A DNA stretch of 64,000 bases from contig JAPDQM010000004.1 of the NCBI GenBank assembly GCA_034505795.1, forward strand, positions 348 through 64,347, written 5' to 3'. The notes beneath the pieces are model-generated. The model saw only the letters and a program-made list of their open reading frames with translations, was not told where the DNA came from and made no database searches. The DNA comes from Candidatus Zhuqueibacterota bacterium. GTDB taxonomy: Bacteria; Zhuqueibacterota; Zhuqueibacteria; Thermofontimicrobiales; Thermofontimicrobiaceae. This document shows, one piece after another, positions 37,266 through 45,312 of the stretch. Both the position numbers and the translations under genes were made by a program. Position 1 is the first letter of the stretch, and each line of letters starts with the position of its first letter.

Positions 37266-38291
37266 TTAAAGTGATAGTCGGAATGAAACCCGTTGCACAT
37301 TATCGAACACCCCAAACGGCGTATAAGCATAATCCAGTGCGATCATCCGATCGCCCAAAAATTTGGTTTGCACCCCGAAGCCCGCGGCAAAATCCTGTTC
37401 ATCCCGATTGAGCATGTAGCCAAACCGCAACGCCAGCATATTCATTAGTGTATATTCAGCACCGAAATTCAATTGCTCCGAATAATCTCGCGGGTGGATC
37501 GCATCGACGGAAATCAACAGGGAATGCATATTGGTCTTTTCCATGAGCACATCAAAAATATTCATGGAAATACCCATTTTGAAGGTCAATGGCAACTGGA
37601 ATCCTTCGGATTCGAACTTCACTTCCTGGGAGAAATTGCGCACGGTCATTCCGAACACCAGGCTTTTAAAACCGGTGCGGTAAATAGTTCCAAAATCGAT
37701 CGCGAACACGCTCAAGTCATTGCTCACTTCTTTCGTGCCCTCGGCAACCGTTTCGCCGATAGGAATGATGCTGTTGCCCAGTTTCTGGTTGACGTACCGA
37801 ATATGGCCGCCCACCGAGAACCGATCGGTCAGCGATTTGGCATAGCCCAGGCCGATGGCAAAAGCCGAAGGCTTGAATTCACCAGTATCGATATAGCCTT
37901 TGTCGCTGGTCGGATCCACTCGCGTGCCAATGAATTCTCCATAGTCAACCGAGATCAGACTCAGACCAAAGGTACCATATTTCCCATAGGTCGGGTTGAA
38001 AGCGATGCTGGCCGAGTAGTGGGTCATGTCCGCAATCCACTTGTTCTGATTCAGCGATAGGTCCATGAAGTTGTTCATCAGGGAGAGGTTAGCGGGATTG
38101 TGGAATAGCGACAAAGATCTTCCTTCAACGGTGGTAAAAGCTTCGCCCATAGCCGCAGCGCGTGCTTCAGTGGCTACGCTTAAAAATTGTAAACCTGTCT
38201 GCGCTAATTTTTTATTCGCAGAGTAGCTATTGCAAATAACCAGCCCGATGGTCAGGATGGCTAAGCCGAGTATGAAGATCGCTTTTTTCAT
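37266..38291 (-). CDS. PorV/PorQ-like outer-membrane beta-barrel protein
   Basis: Signal peptide, then KLAQTGLQFLSVATEARAAAMGEAFTTVEGRSLSLFHNPANLS. Beta-barrel pattern with terminal ..SFRLSL. GAGGAG upstream. Starts 39 nt after the partner-gene stop. Confidence 0.75.
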   Translation of the reverse strand: MKKAIFILGLAILTIGLVICNSYSANKKLAQTGLQFLSVATEARAAAMGEAFTTVEGRSLSLFHNPANLSLMNNFMDLSLNQNKWIADMTHYSASIAFNPTYGKYGTFGLSLISVDYGEFIGTRVDPTSDKGYIDTGEFKPSAFAIGLGYAKSLTDRFSVGGHIRYVNQKLGNSIIPIGETVAEGTKEVSNDLSVFAIDFGTIYRTGFKSLVFGMTVRNFSQEVKFESEGFQLPLTFKMGISMNIFDVLMEKTNMHSLLISVDAIHPRDYSEQLNFGAEYTLMNMLALRFGYMLNRDEQDFAAGFGVQTKFLGDRMIALDYAYTPFGVFDNVQRVSFRLSL

Positions 38292-38330
38292 GGTATTACC
38301 ATCTCCTCGAATTTATGAAATTGTGATTGG

Positions 38331-40445
38331 TTAACGAATGATGATGAATTTCCGAATGGCATTATCGCCTTTTTTGAATAACAGTTCACCCGTATTCGCA
38401 TCGTAATAATCCTGCGTCACTTCAAAATAGGCGATATAGACACCGCTAACGACGACCTGCCGCGACGAGGTGATGGAGTTCCACTCGGCATCACCACTGC
38501 CATCCGTGTGTTCAATGGTATAGATGAGATCACCGCGTTCGGTAAATATTTTAATCGTGCAGTATGGCGGAATATCCAGGAACATGATACGATCCTGCCC
38601 GCTAATACCATATTGCAGGTCACGCGCTTTGATATTGTATGGATTCGGTACGACCCGAATGGCCTCTAAACTTTGCCCCGACTGTCGTTTCAGTTTAGCC
38701 GGATTGCTGGTGCGGGTATAGAACATGCTGCTCTGCAACGAGCCGCCCGGATTGGCTGGCGAATTGTTGTGCAGGCCATCATCAAAAGTCACAACATAGT
38801 AATAATAGTCGAAGCCACGCACGGCTGTTTTGTCTTCGAATCGGTTGACGACTTGCGGATGAGCAGTGCCGGCGCCACAGGCAAAGATTTCGTCATAGGT
38901 GGTGTCGGGCTTGTGGATCGCCCGGAAGAGTCGATAGCCAGCAAATCCCGGCCACGATTCAGCCGAATTAGACCAGGTGAGCACGATCCGATCGCCACCG
39001 GAATTGACGCGAAATTCATCAGGCGGTGGCGGTGGCAGCGGAATATTGTACTTCAATTTGTAATTCTCGATGGTACGCTGAAACATCTTTTTCAACGAAT
39101 CTCTGCCAGTTAGCACCCAGGCATTTTTATATTCGTCTTTGTTATTCGTCGTGCTGCCATTGGGCAGGCGGAAAGGCGGCTGCCCCTTCAGCCAACGAGC
39201 GCCAATAGTGTAACAGGAGTCCCGACAAAGGCCATCGATGCCTTCAGCAATCACGATGTGAATACTGTCGCCGGGAGCTAATGTGTAGGGGCCAAAACCC
39301 AAACAATGCGAAAAACCGCCGGGCGTACCACCCCAAACATCGGCAAAGCCATCACCCACGGCATCCGCATGCATCACGGGTGGATGGCCGGCGGTCATTG
39401 CCGCATACTCCTCAGCCATTTTAGCCGCATTAAATTGATCATTGGACGAGGTGATCGGCACATCGGAACCCAAAAATTGCGTTGTAGTCGGCTGATTGGG
39501 ATCATTCGACTTATCCTGGGCGGATTTATCAGCATGCAACACCAAATTGCCCGTAAATTGAGCGCCACCCAGGTGCCCATCGCCACCAGCCGAGCCATTG
39601 GGTCCACCGGTGCAATCAAACGTCGCTTTAGAATGTTTACCGGTCCAGGAAAATTCACTCAGATACGGCTGGCCAGTCTGTTGGTCATAGACCAGCATGG
39701 TATCGTTCATGGTGCAATGCCCCCAGGCCGCAGATTGTGGCAGATAATAGTAGCCATAGGGACCGGTTTCCCGCGCAGCGGTGTAGCGGTATTGAAAGAA
39801 GAACACCACATCCTGCAGGGTCTGGACATTCACCGTGCCCTTGTTATCAATAATGCCGGTGTTTTTAAAAACGTAATCATAAATGAAGTAGTTATTATGA
39901 AACTGTTGGCTGAAGGCATAGATCGTTCGATATTCCGTGATGCCAATACCGGTATTGACAACATTGTAAAGAATGCGATCAGTGACCGCATTGGGATCGA
40001 CTTCATCCACGGCATCCATGTAGTCCAAAAAACCAGCCGGCGTATCATCCACATAAACCCGGGGCCGTTCGAAACGACCGATCAATTTGAATTGCTGGGG
40101 CATGAATTCATTCTTTTCATCCCACACGCGGGGGCCGATATGGACGACTTTATAATCGAACGTTTTGCCAGCCAGGGGATCATTATAATTTTTGGCGCCA
40201 ATCCACAGCGCTTTGGCGGCCTTGCAATCCTGCCAGTTGAACTGCGCTGGCCAGCGCAGGCCATCCTGCTGGTCAGAAACCAAATGCCGGCGACCCACTT
40301 CGATTTCGCAGCCCATGCTGGAGTACCACTCGTGCAGCATGCCCACGGCCAGCCACTTGGTTTCATCACCCAAAACCATGGTAACACTGCTCAAACATAA
40401 TATCACAATGAGCGAGAGTCTGGTGAGAGAACGGTTTGCTTTCAT
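38331..40445 (-). CDS. Secreted partner protein of the upstream TBDT (704 aa): unassigned N-terminal region, FN3-like module, divergent T9SS-like C-terminal domain
   Basis: N-terminal signal-like segment MKANRSLTRLSLIVILCLSSVTMVLG. Family motifs WLAVGMLHEWYS, YFIYDYVFKNTGIIDNKG, HADKSAQDKSNDPNQP, GPYTLAPGDSIHIVIAEGIDGL. FN3-like PPPPDEFRVNSGGDRIVLTWSNS..FAGYRLFRA..FDYYYYVVTF. C-terminus IRVVPNPYNIKA..IMFLDIPPYCTIKIFTERGDLIYTIEHTDGSGDAEWN..SGVYIAYF..KFIIIR. Confidence 0.85.
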   Translation of the reverse strand: MKANRSLTRLSLIVILCLSSVTMVLGDETKWLAVGMLHEWYSSMGCEIEVGRRHLVSDQQDGLRWPAQFNWQDCKAAKALWIGAKNYNDPLAGKTFDYKVVHIGPRVWDEKNEFMPQQFKLIGRFERPRVYVDDTPAGFLDYMDAVDEVDPNAVTDRILYNVVNTGIGITEYRTIYAFSQQFHNNYFIYDYVFKNTGIIDNKGTVNVQTLQDVVFFFQYRYTAARETGPYGYYYLPQSAAWGHCTMNDTMLVYDQQTGQPYLSEFSWTGKHSKATFDCTGGPNGSAGGDGHLGGAQFTGNLVLHADKSAQDKSNDPNQPTTTQFLGSDVPITSSNDQFNAAKMAEEYAAMTAGHPPVMHADAVGDGFADVWGGTPGGFSHCLGFGPYTLAPGDSIHIVIAEGIDGLCRDSCYTIGARWLKGQPPFRLPNGSTTNNKDEYKNAWVLTGRDSLKKMFQRTIENYKLKYNIPLPPPPPDEFRVNSGGDRIVLTWSNSAESWPGFAGYRLFRAIHKPDTTYDEIFACGAGTAHPQVVNRFEDKTAVRGFDYYYYVVTFDDGLHNNSPANPGGSLQSSMFYTRTSNPAKLKRQSGQSLEAIRVVPNPYNIKARDLQYGISGQDRIMFLDIPPYCTIKIFTERGDLIYTIEHTDGSGDAEWNSITSSRQVVVSGVYIAYFEVTQDYYDANTGELLFKKGDNAIRKFIIIR

Positions 40446-40531
40446 ATCTGTTCCTTTATTTTAAATTGCGATTTCTGAAATCCAACTATCACGCCCAATG
40501 GGTGGATCAGCATGATAGCCATTGTTCTGAC

Positions 40532-43500
40532 CTAAAATTTATAATTGATCGTGATTCCCCAAAAGATGGTCCGCGGATTCAAAAATGTGAAATAGGTCTG
40601 GTTCGGCATATCGATATAGGCTTTGTCTTCAAGGATCTTATCGATACGCTTTTGTTCCACCTGACGCCAGTTATTATCCACGAACTCCATATACTTCTGG
40701 GTATTGGCATCATAATAGATGACTCTGGGATTGGGATTGGCAAATTGGGTATAATCGGCTACCCACTCCATTGGCACGTATTCGACGCCTGTTTTCCGGT
40801 AATCGCCCAATTGGTCATTGCCGGGAATATTTTCATATTTCAATTTATCAGCGATGTTTCGCGGCAGATGCAGCGATTTCAGGTAATAATTCCTATCAAA
40901 AGTATCGAAATAGGACAGCCGCGAGAAGTGCTTAAAGTTGAACACATTGAAAATGTCCATAAAGAATTTTACATCCAGGTCTTTGAAGACAAACGTCTTG
41001 GATAATTTTAGATCGATATTGTAATCGGATTTCCATTGGACGTTGTACTCGATGCCAGGGACATTGTTGGGATTCCAGGTATCCCATAAACCGGCAGTCC
41101 AGTTACCCAACAGATTCAAGTGCCAATCGCTCAGGATTTGTTGCCCCATAAATTCCGGGCCGATTTTGCTGGGAGTGTGAATATCGAAATAGGCTTTGAA
41201 GCGAGGCCGCGGTCGTGGCTTCGACTGCTTGGGATTTTTCAAGTCGAAATCCCGCTGCGCCGCAGGATCGTCATGAACTTCGCGCTTGCCAAAGTATCCT
41301 GAAGTTCCCACGCGATACTCATAATTCAAATTGCCAGTGAACCAGCGCCCTGTACTCTTGGTCAGGTCGAATTCAAAGCCACGAATGTCCTCGTAGCTGT
41401 TGTTGGTCAATTTATAATAGTCGAAATTTTTGATATCGCTGATAATCCGAATCCAATATTCCTGATCGGAAATATCTTTATAGTAAGCGGACAGATGCAG
41501 CAAATAATCCGACATAATGGCCTGGTCATAACCCAACTCGTAGGAGACCGTTTTCGCCAATGGGATCGTGGGATCTCCGAAGTATTCCATCTTTTCGGTC
41601 AGGTTGCGCTGATTGCGATAATAGCGTTCCGAGGTCGGCATCTGGCGATAGTGACCATAGTTGAAATAGAGTTTCGAGTTGTTGGTGATGGGATGCGAAA
41701 TTGCCAGACGCGGGCTGACCGTAAATCGCCCTTTGACGCTTTTGGTTTTGTACTGACTTTCATCCTCGGGACGGAATTTAAAGAAATTCCGATCGTACAT
41801 ATCGACATCGAACCACTTGCCATTGGGATTGCTATATTCCATAATCAATCCGAGCGAGGAGATGAAGCCACCCACCTCGATTTTATCCTGAATGTATAGC
41901 GAGCCTCGAAATGGATTTTGCTTAATATAGGTCCAGGTATTGCCTTCGGGCAGATATTTATTTACCTGACCGAATGCCATATCGAAGCGGTCGTGGATGA
42001 ATTCGATACCGCTTTTTAGCTGATTCCATGAATCGATCTGACTCACCAGGTCAGCGCGTGCGGTATAGGTCGAGATCTCGCTGTAGTCGCGAGACACACT
42101 GATCGGACCACCCATGATGAAGTTGCCATCGCCGGTTCCGAACACGGGTCCTTCCTCGAATCCAAATGGCCGTTCGTCGATTAAATAGCCCGGGAAAATC
42201 TCGTAGGTTTTGCTATAATCACGATAGCGCCCCGGCTCGGTGCGATAGATTTTTCCGCTACGCTTCAATTGAACTTCATAAAAAGTAGTGGGATTGATGA
42301 GATGGGTGAATTTGGCGGAAATGGTATTGTAAAATTGAGCCGTAGGCGAAAAATAGATGTTGGTATAAATTCGGGAGGGCGTGGTAAAGCTGCCCGTGAT
42401 CATCGTGGACGCCACATCCTCCGGTGTCTCCATATAGCTGGTGCCACCAGAGAAAGACGATGAGACGCCATATATCTCGCCATACAAGCCCATGACCGTT
42501 AGTTTCATTGCCTCGCTAATATCTGACGTAAGCTTAAGCATACCGCTCCGATTGGTCAGCGCCTTTCGCGACAGCTCAATCAGATACATATCCTGTTCTT
42601 GTCGTGCTGAGGCGAAAAAGCGGAGATTGCCCAGATATTTGCTAATGAACGGTACCGGGCCACCAAAGCCACCGTCCACATTATAATCCGGCTGGTCGAT
42701 ATCGCCTTGCTTCCGATGCTCCCATAAAAATAATCGCTGAGCCGCCTCGGGGGTAAGATCATTGTTGGGATCGTCATCCTGCAACGTTCGCTGCGACACT
42801 GTATTCCAACCATCGAATTTGGGATACTGGCGTTGCGTGTACAGGTCCCAATTCCCGTTCTGAGTACCGGTCCAGCAAACCGCGGGATCGAGATATGGCC
42901 GAAGCCAATAGGAATTTGGATCGTAGGGTGAAATGCCAAAATGCTTGGGTGCGGGCGGCCGATATTTCATGGTCATAGTCGCCGTGTAGCGATCGCTCAA
43001 CCCCTCTTTCGTAACCACATTCACCACGCCCGAACGTACATTCTGATACTCGGCGTTGAAGCCGCCGGTTTGCACCGAAACCTCTTGCACGGCACTCAGC
43101 GGAACAGAAGTAACGGGCTTGTTGTCTCGTTCGTCCCTCAAAACCACTCCATCGACCATGAACATCGCCTGGTCGGCACCGCTACCGCGAATACCCAGGC
43201 CTGATGTAATACCGGCCTGCAAACCCAGGGCTTCATTGACAGTGGTAACCGGCAACGTAGCGATTTGATCGGTGCTGATATTTTTTTTGCTGGCGGCCAC
43301 ATCTTTTTCCACTACGGGACGCTCAGCGACCACTGTAACCTCTTCACCGGCTAACACCTCGGCTTTCATTTTAAAATCGACGGTGGTGGTTTGGTCAATA
43401 TACACGCGGACATTGGTCATTGTCACTGCGGAGTAGCCCATCATGGTCGCCTTTAGCGTATATGTTCCAGGCGGCACATTCAAGATCACATAATTGCCAG

Positions 43501-43675
43501 AGATGCCAGCAGCCGCGCCCATCATCGTTCCTTCAATAACGATATTCACTCCGGGCAAGGGTTGACTGGTCTCTTCATCGATAACCACACCGGCAATTTT
43601 TCCGGTCACCCCTGCCAGGGCCGCGGTCGCAGCAATGACGATGATTGCAATGAGGAAAAGAAACAATCTCTTCAT
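40532..43675 (-). CDS. TonB-dependent transporter with CarboxypepD_reg-like domain (long subfamily, 1047 aa)
   Basis: Signal peptide MKRLFLFLIAIIVIAATAALA with GGAAGGGAG upstream. VTGKIAGVVID..GTYTLKATMMGY. Plug motifs GIRGSGADQAMFMVDG..VNVVTKEG. Conserved post-plug insert. C-terminus ..WGITINYKF. Confidence 0.9.
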   Translation of the reverse strand: MKRLFLFLIAIIVIAATAALAGVTGKIAGVVIDEETSQPLPGVNIVIEGTMMGAAAGISGNYVILNVPPGTYTLKATMMGYSAVTMTNVRVYIDQTTTVDFKMKAEVLAGEEVTVVAERPVVEKDVAASKKNISTDQIATLPVTTVNEALGLQAGITSGLGIRGSGADQAMFMVDGVVLRDERDNKPVTSVPLSAVQEVSVQTGGFNAEYQNVRSGVVNVVTKEGLSDRYTATMTMKYRPPAPKHFGISPYDPNSYWLRPYLDPAVCWTGTQNGNWDLYTQRQYPKFDGWNTVSQRTLQDDDPNNDLTPEAAQRLFLWEHRKQGDIDQPDYNVDGGFGGPVPFISKYLGNLRFFASARQEQDMYLIELSRKALTNRSGMLKLTSDISEAMKLTVMGLYGEIYGVSSSFSGGTSYMETPEDVASTMITGSFTTPSRIYTNIYFSPTAQFYNTISAKFTHLINPTTFYEVQLKRSGKIYRTEPGRYRDYSKTYEIFPGYLIDERPFGFEEGPVFGTGDGNFIMGGPISVSRDYSEISTYTARADLVSQIDSWNQLKSGIEFIHDRFDMAFGQVNKYLPEGNTWTYIKQNPFRGSLYIQDKIEVGGFISSLGLIMEYSNPNGKWFDVDMYDRNFFKFRPEDESQYKTKSVKGRFTVSPRLAISHPITNNSKLYFNYGHYRQMPTSERYYRNQRNLTEKMEYFGDPTIPLAKTVSYELGYDQAIMSDYLLHLSAYYKDISDQEYWIRIISDIKNFDYYKLTNNSYEDIRGFEFDLTKSTGRWFTGNLNYEYRVGTSGYFGKREVHDDPAAQRDFDLKNPKQSKPRPRPRFKAYFDIHTPSKIGPEFMGQQILSDWHLNLLGNWTAGLWDTWNPNNVPGIEYNVQWKSDYNIDLKLSKTFVFKDLDVKFFMDIFNVFNFKHFSRLSYFDTFDRNYYLKSLHLPRNIADKLKYENIPGNDQLGDYRKTGVEYVPMEWVADYTQFANPNPRVIYYDANTQKYMEFVDNNWRQVEQKRIDKILEDKAYIDMPNQTYFTFLNPRTIFWGITINYKF

Positions 43676-43881
43676 AATCCTGACTCCCTTCCAAGATTCT
43701 GGAAATGTAACTGGTTTTTTAAAGTAACTAAAAATGAATTAACAAAATTGGATGTTGCAACCTTAGAGGGAAAAAACAAAGGCATTCTAACTCCATAGAA
43801 GAAGTTCCAAAGAAAAAATGTAGAGGTTGGACTAAGCATAGCTTAAATTGTCATCAATCGATAGAGAAATTTAGATTAGAA

Positions 43882-43910
43882 AATATAAACCTTTTTTAAC
43901 TATTTGTCAA
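43882..43910 (-). promoter_or_regulatory. Sigma-70-like promoter upstream of the 40532..43675 TBDT cassette
   Basis: The minus strand reads TTGACA (43910-43905), a 17-nt spacer, then TATATT (43887-43882). About 205 nt upstream of the ATG at 43675. Confidence 0.4.
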
Positions 43911-44240
43911 GTGAATTTTATGGCGATGAGCAATTAGTCGTAATTTGAAATAAGGAAACAGGCCTGATCATTCCTGGGTTTTCTTGAAACAGATGTCATG
44001 TAACGACCATCTCGACTAAGGTCGCGCAAAATCAATTTCAGGCCGCATCCCCACCAGAACCGTCAGCATTCAATTGCATTTGCTTGCTAAGACCTAAAAA
44101 TATTTCCTCCAGGCAACCAATGCTGTCTTCAAAAAAAGCAATTCCCAGGTCCTCATTAGAGATAATGGTCTGCTCATTATAACCCCACAGAATTCAATCT
44201 CTCTAATACCTCTTTAGAAATTGCCCGTTGTACCTGCCGC

Positions 44241-45290
44241 CTATAATGCGAAATGCACTGAAAACCGATGCACATCATTAAAGGCACCAAAGGGAGTATA
44301 GGCATAATCCAACGCCAGCAGATGATTGCGATAGCTTTGCTGGAAGCCGACCCCGGTGCAGAAACCGTATTCGTCGTTTGGAGCAGAATATCCCAGCCGA
44401 ATGGCAAAGGTCTTGAAAAAGAGGTATTCCAATCCAATGTTAACTTGCTCCTGATAATCCCGTGGATGCGTGGCATCGATACTCAGCAGCAGCGAATTGT
44501 TTTCTTTGCCCAAAACGGGATAAATATCCAGCAAATCCATCGCGACTCCAATACGGAAAATCAATGGCAACTGAAAGCCTTCATCCTCATAGGTCACTTC
44601 TTTTGAGAAGTTGCGGATGCACATGCCGATATTCAAACTCCGGAAGCCTGTGTTATAGAGTACTCCAAAGTCAAAGGCAAAAACAGAGGCCGAATAGCTT
44701 TTGCGGGTGTAGTTGCCATCCGCGGCGGCACCGCTCAGGCCGATGATGCTGCTGCCCATGTCCTGAACAACATATTTTATATTGCCACCCACCGAGAATT
44801 TGCTGGAGAGCGCTTTGGAGTATCCGATGCCAAATGCCATGGCGCTGGGACTGAAGTTACCGGTTTCGACATAACCTAATTCATTGGCGGGATCGTCATC
44901 ACGAATCGTGCCGATAAATGTACCATAATCCACCGAAATCGCCGTAAACCCAAAAACGCCGTAACGGCCATTGGCGGGACTGAAGGCTGCACTGCCATAT
45001 AAATATTGAATGTCCGCAATCCAGTCAATTCGGCCGAACGAAAAATCGGCAACGTTCGACATTTTGGCCATGCCAGAGGGATTGAAAAACATCGATGTGG
45101 AATAGCCTTCCACCGCGGTAATGGCGTCAGCCAGTCCGCTGATTCGAGCATCGGTGGTCACATTGAGAAACTTCATTCCAGTTTGTGCCAGTTTCTGCAA
45201 CTTTTGACCGAAGCCTGCAGGAGCCAGCCAGCACAAAAGCAGCCAGCCCAGCACGATTGATTGCATATATTTTTTCATAGGTCCATCCAT
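44241..45290 (-). CDS. PorV/PorQ-like outer-membrane beta-barrel protein
   Basis: Signal peptide (the start could instead be the ATG at 45278, MKKYMQSIVLGWLLL). KLAQTGMKFLNVTTDARISGLADAITAVEGYSTSMFFNPSGMA. C-terminus ..FSVHFAL. Starts 22 nt after the partner-gene stop. Close paralog of 37266..38291. Confidence 0.75.
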   Translation of the reverse strand: MDGPMKKYMQSIVLGWLLLCWLAPAGFGQKLQKLAQTGMKFLNVTTDARISGLADAITAVEGYSTSMFFNPSGMAKMSNVADFSFGRIDWIADIQYLYGSAAFSPANGRYGVFGFTAISVDYGTFIGTIRDDDPANELGYVETGNFSPSAMAFGIGYSKALSSKFSVGGNIKYVVQDMGSSIIGLSGAAADGNYTRKSYSASVFAFDFGVLYNTGFRSLNIGMCIRNFSKEVTYEDEGFQLPLIFRIGVAMDLLDIYPVLGKENNSLLLSIDATHPRDYQEQVNIGLEYLFFKTFAIRLGYSAPNDEYGFCTGVGFQQSYRNHLLALDYAYTPFGAFNDVHRFSVHFAL

Positions 45291-45312
45291 TCTGCTTTGT
45301 GATGTGAATTCA

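Noticed and set aside
39306-40400. Long plus-strand track ORFs opposite the big minus-strand genes, for example 39306..40400 (364 aa), 13042..13782, 12256..12900, 8852..9547, 30516..31295, 33721..34389, 45451..46125, 31842..32468 and 40436..41005.
   Set aside because: They lie antisense inside genes with clear domain content. They have an odd composition (rich in R, H, I and G), no signal peptides, no SD sites and no recognisable motifs. They are antisense shadow ORFs.
43960-44240. A possible gene remnant on the minus strand: an open frame of about 50 codons ending ..LEEIFLGLSKQMQLNADGSGGDAA.
   Set aside because: It has no ATG, GTG or TTG start, no SD and no recognisable similarity. It could be a decayed fragment, but I cannot support a pseudogene call.
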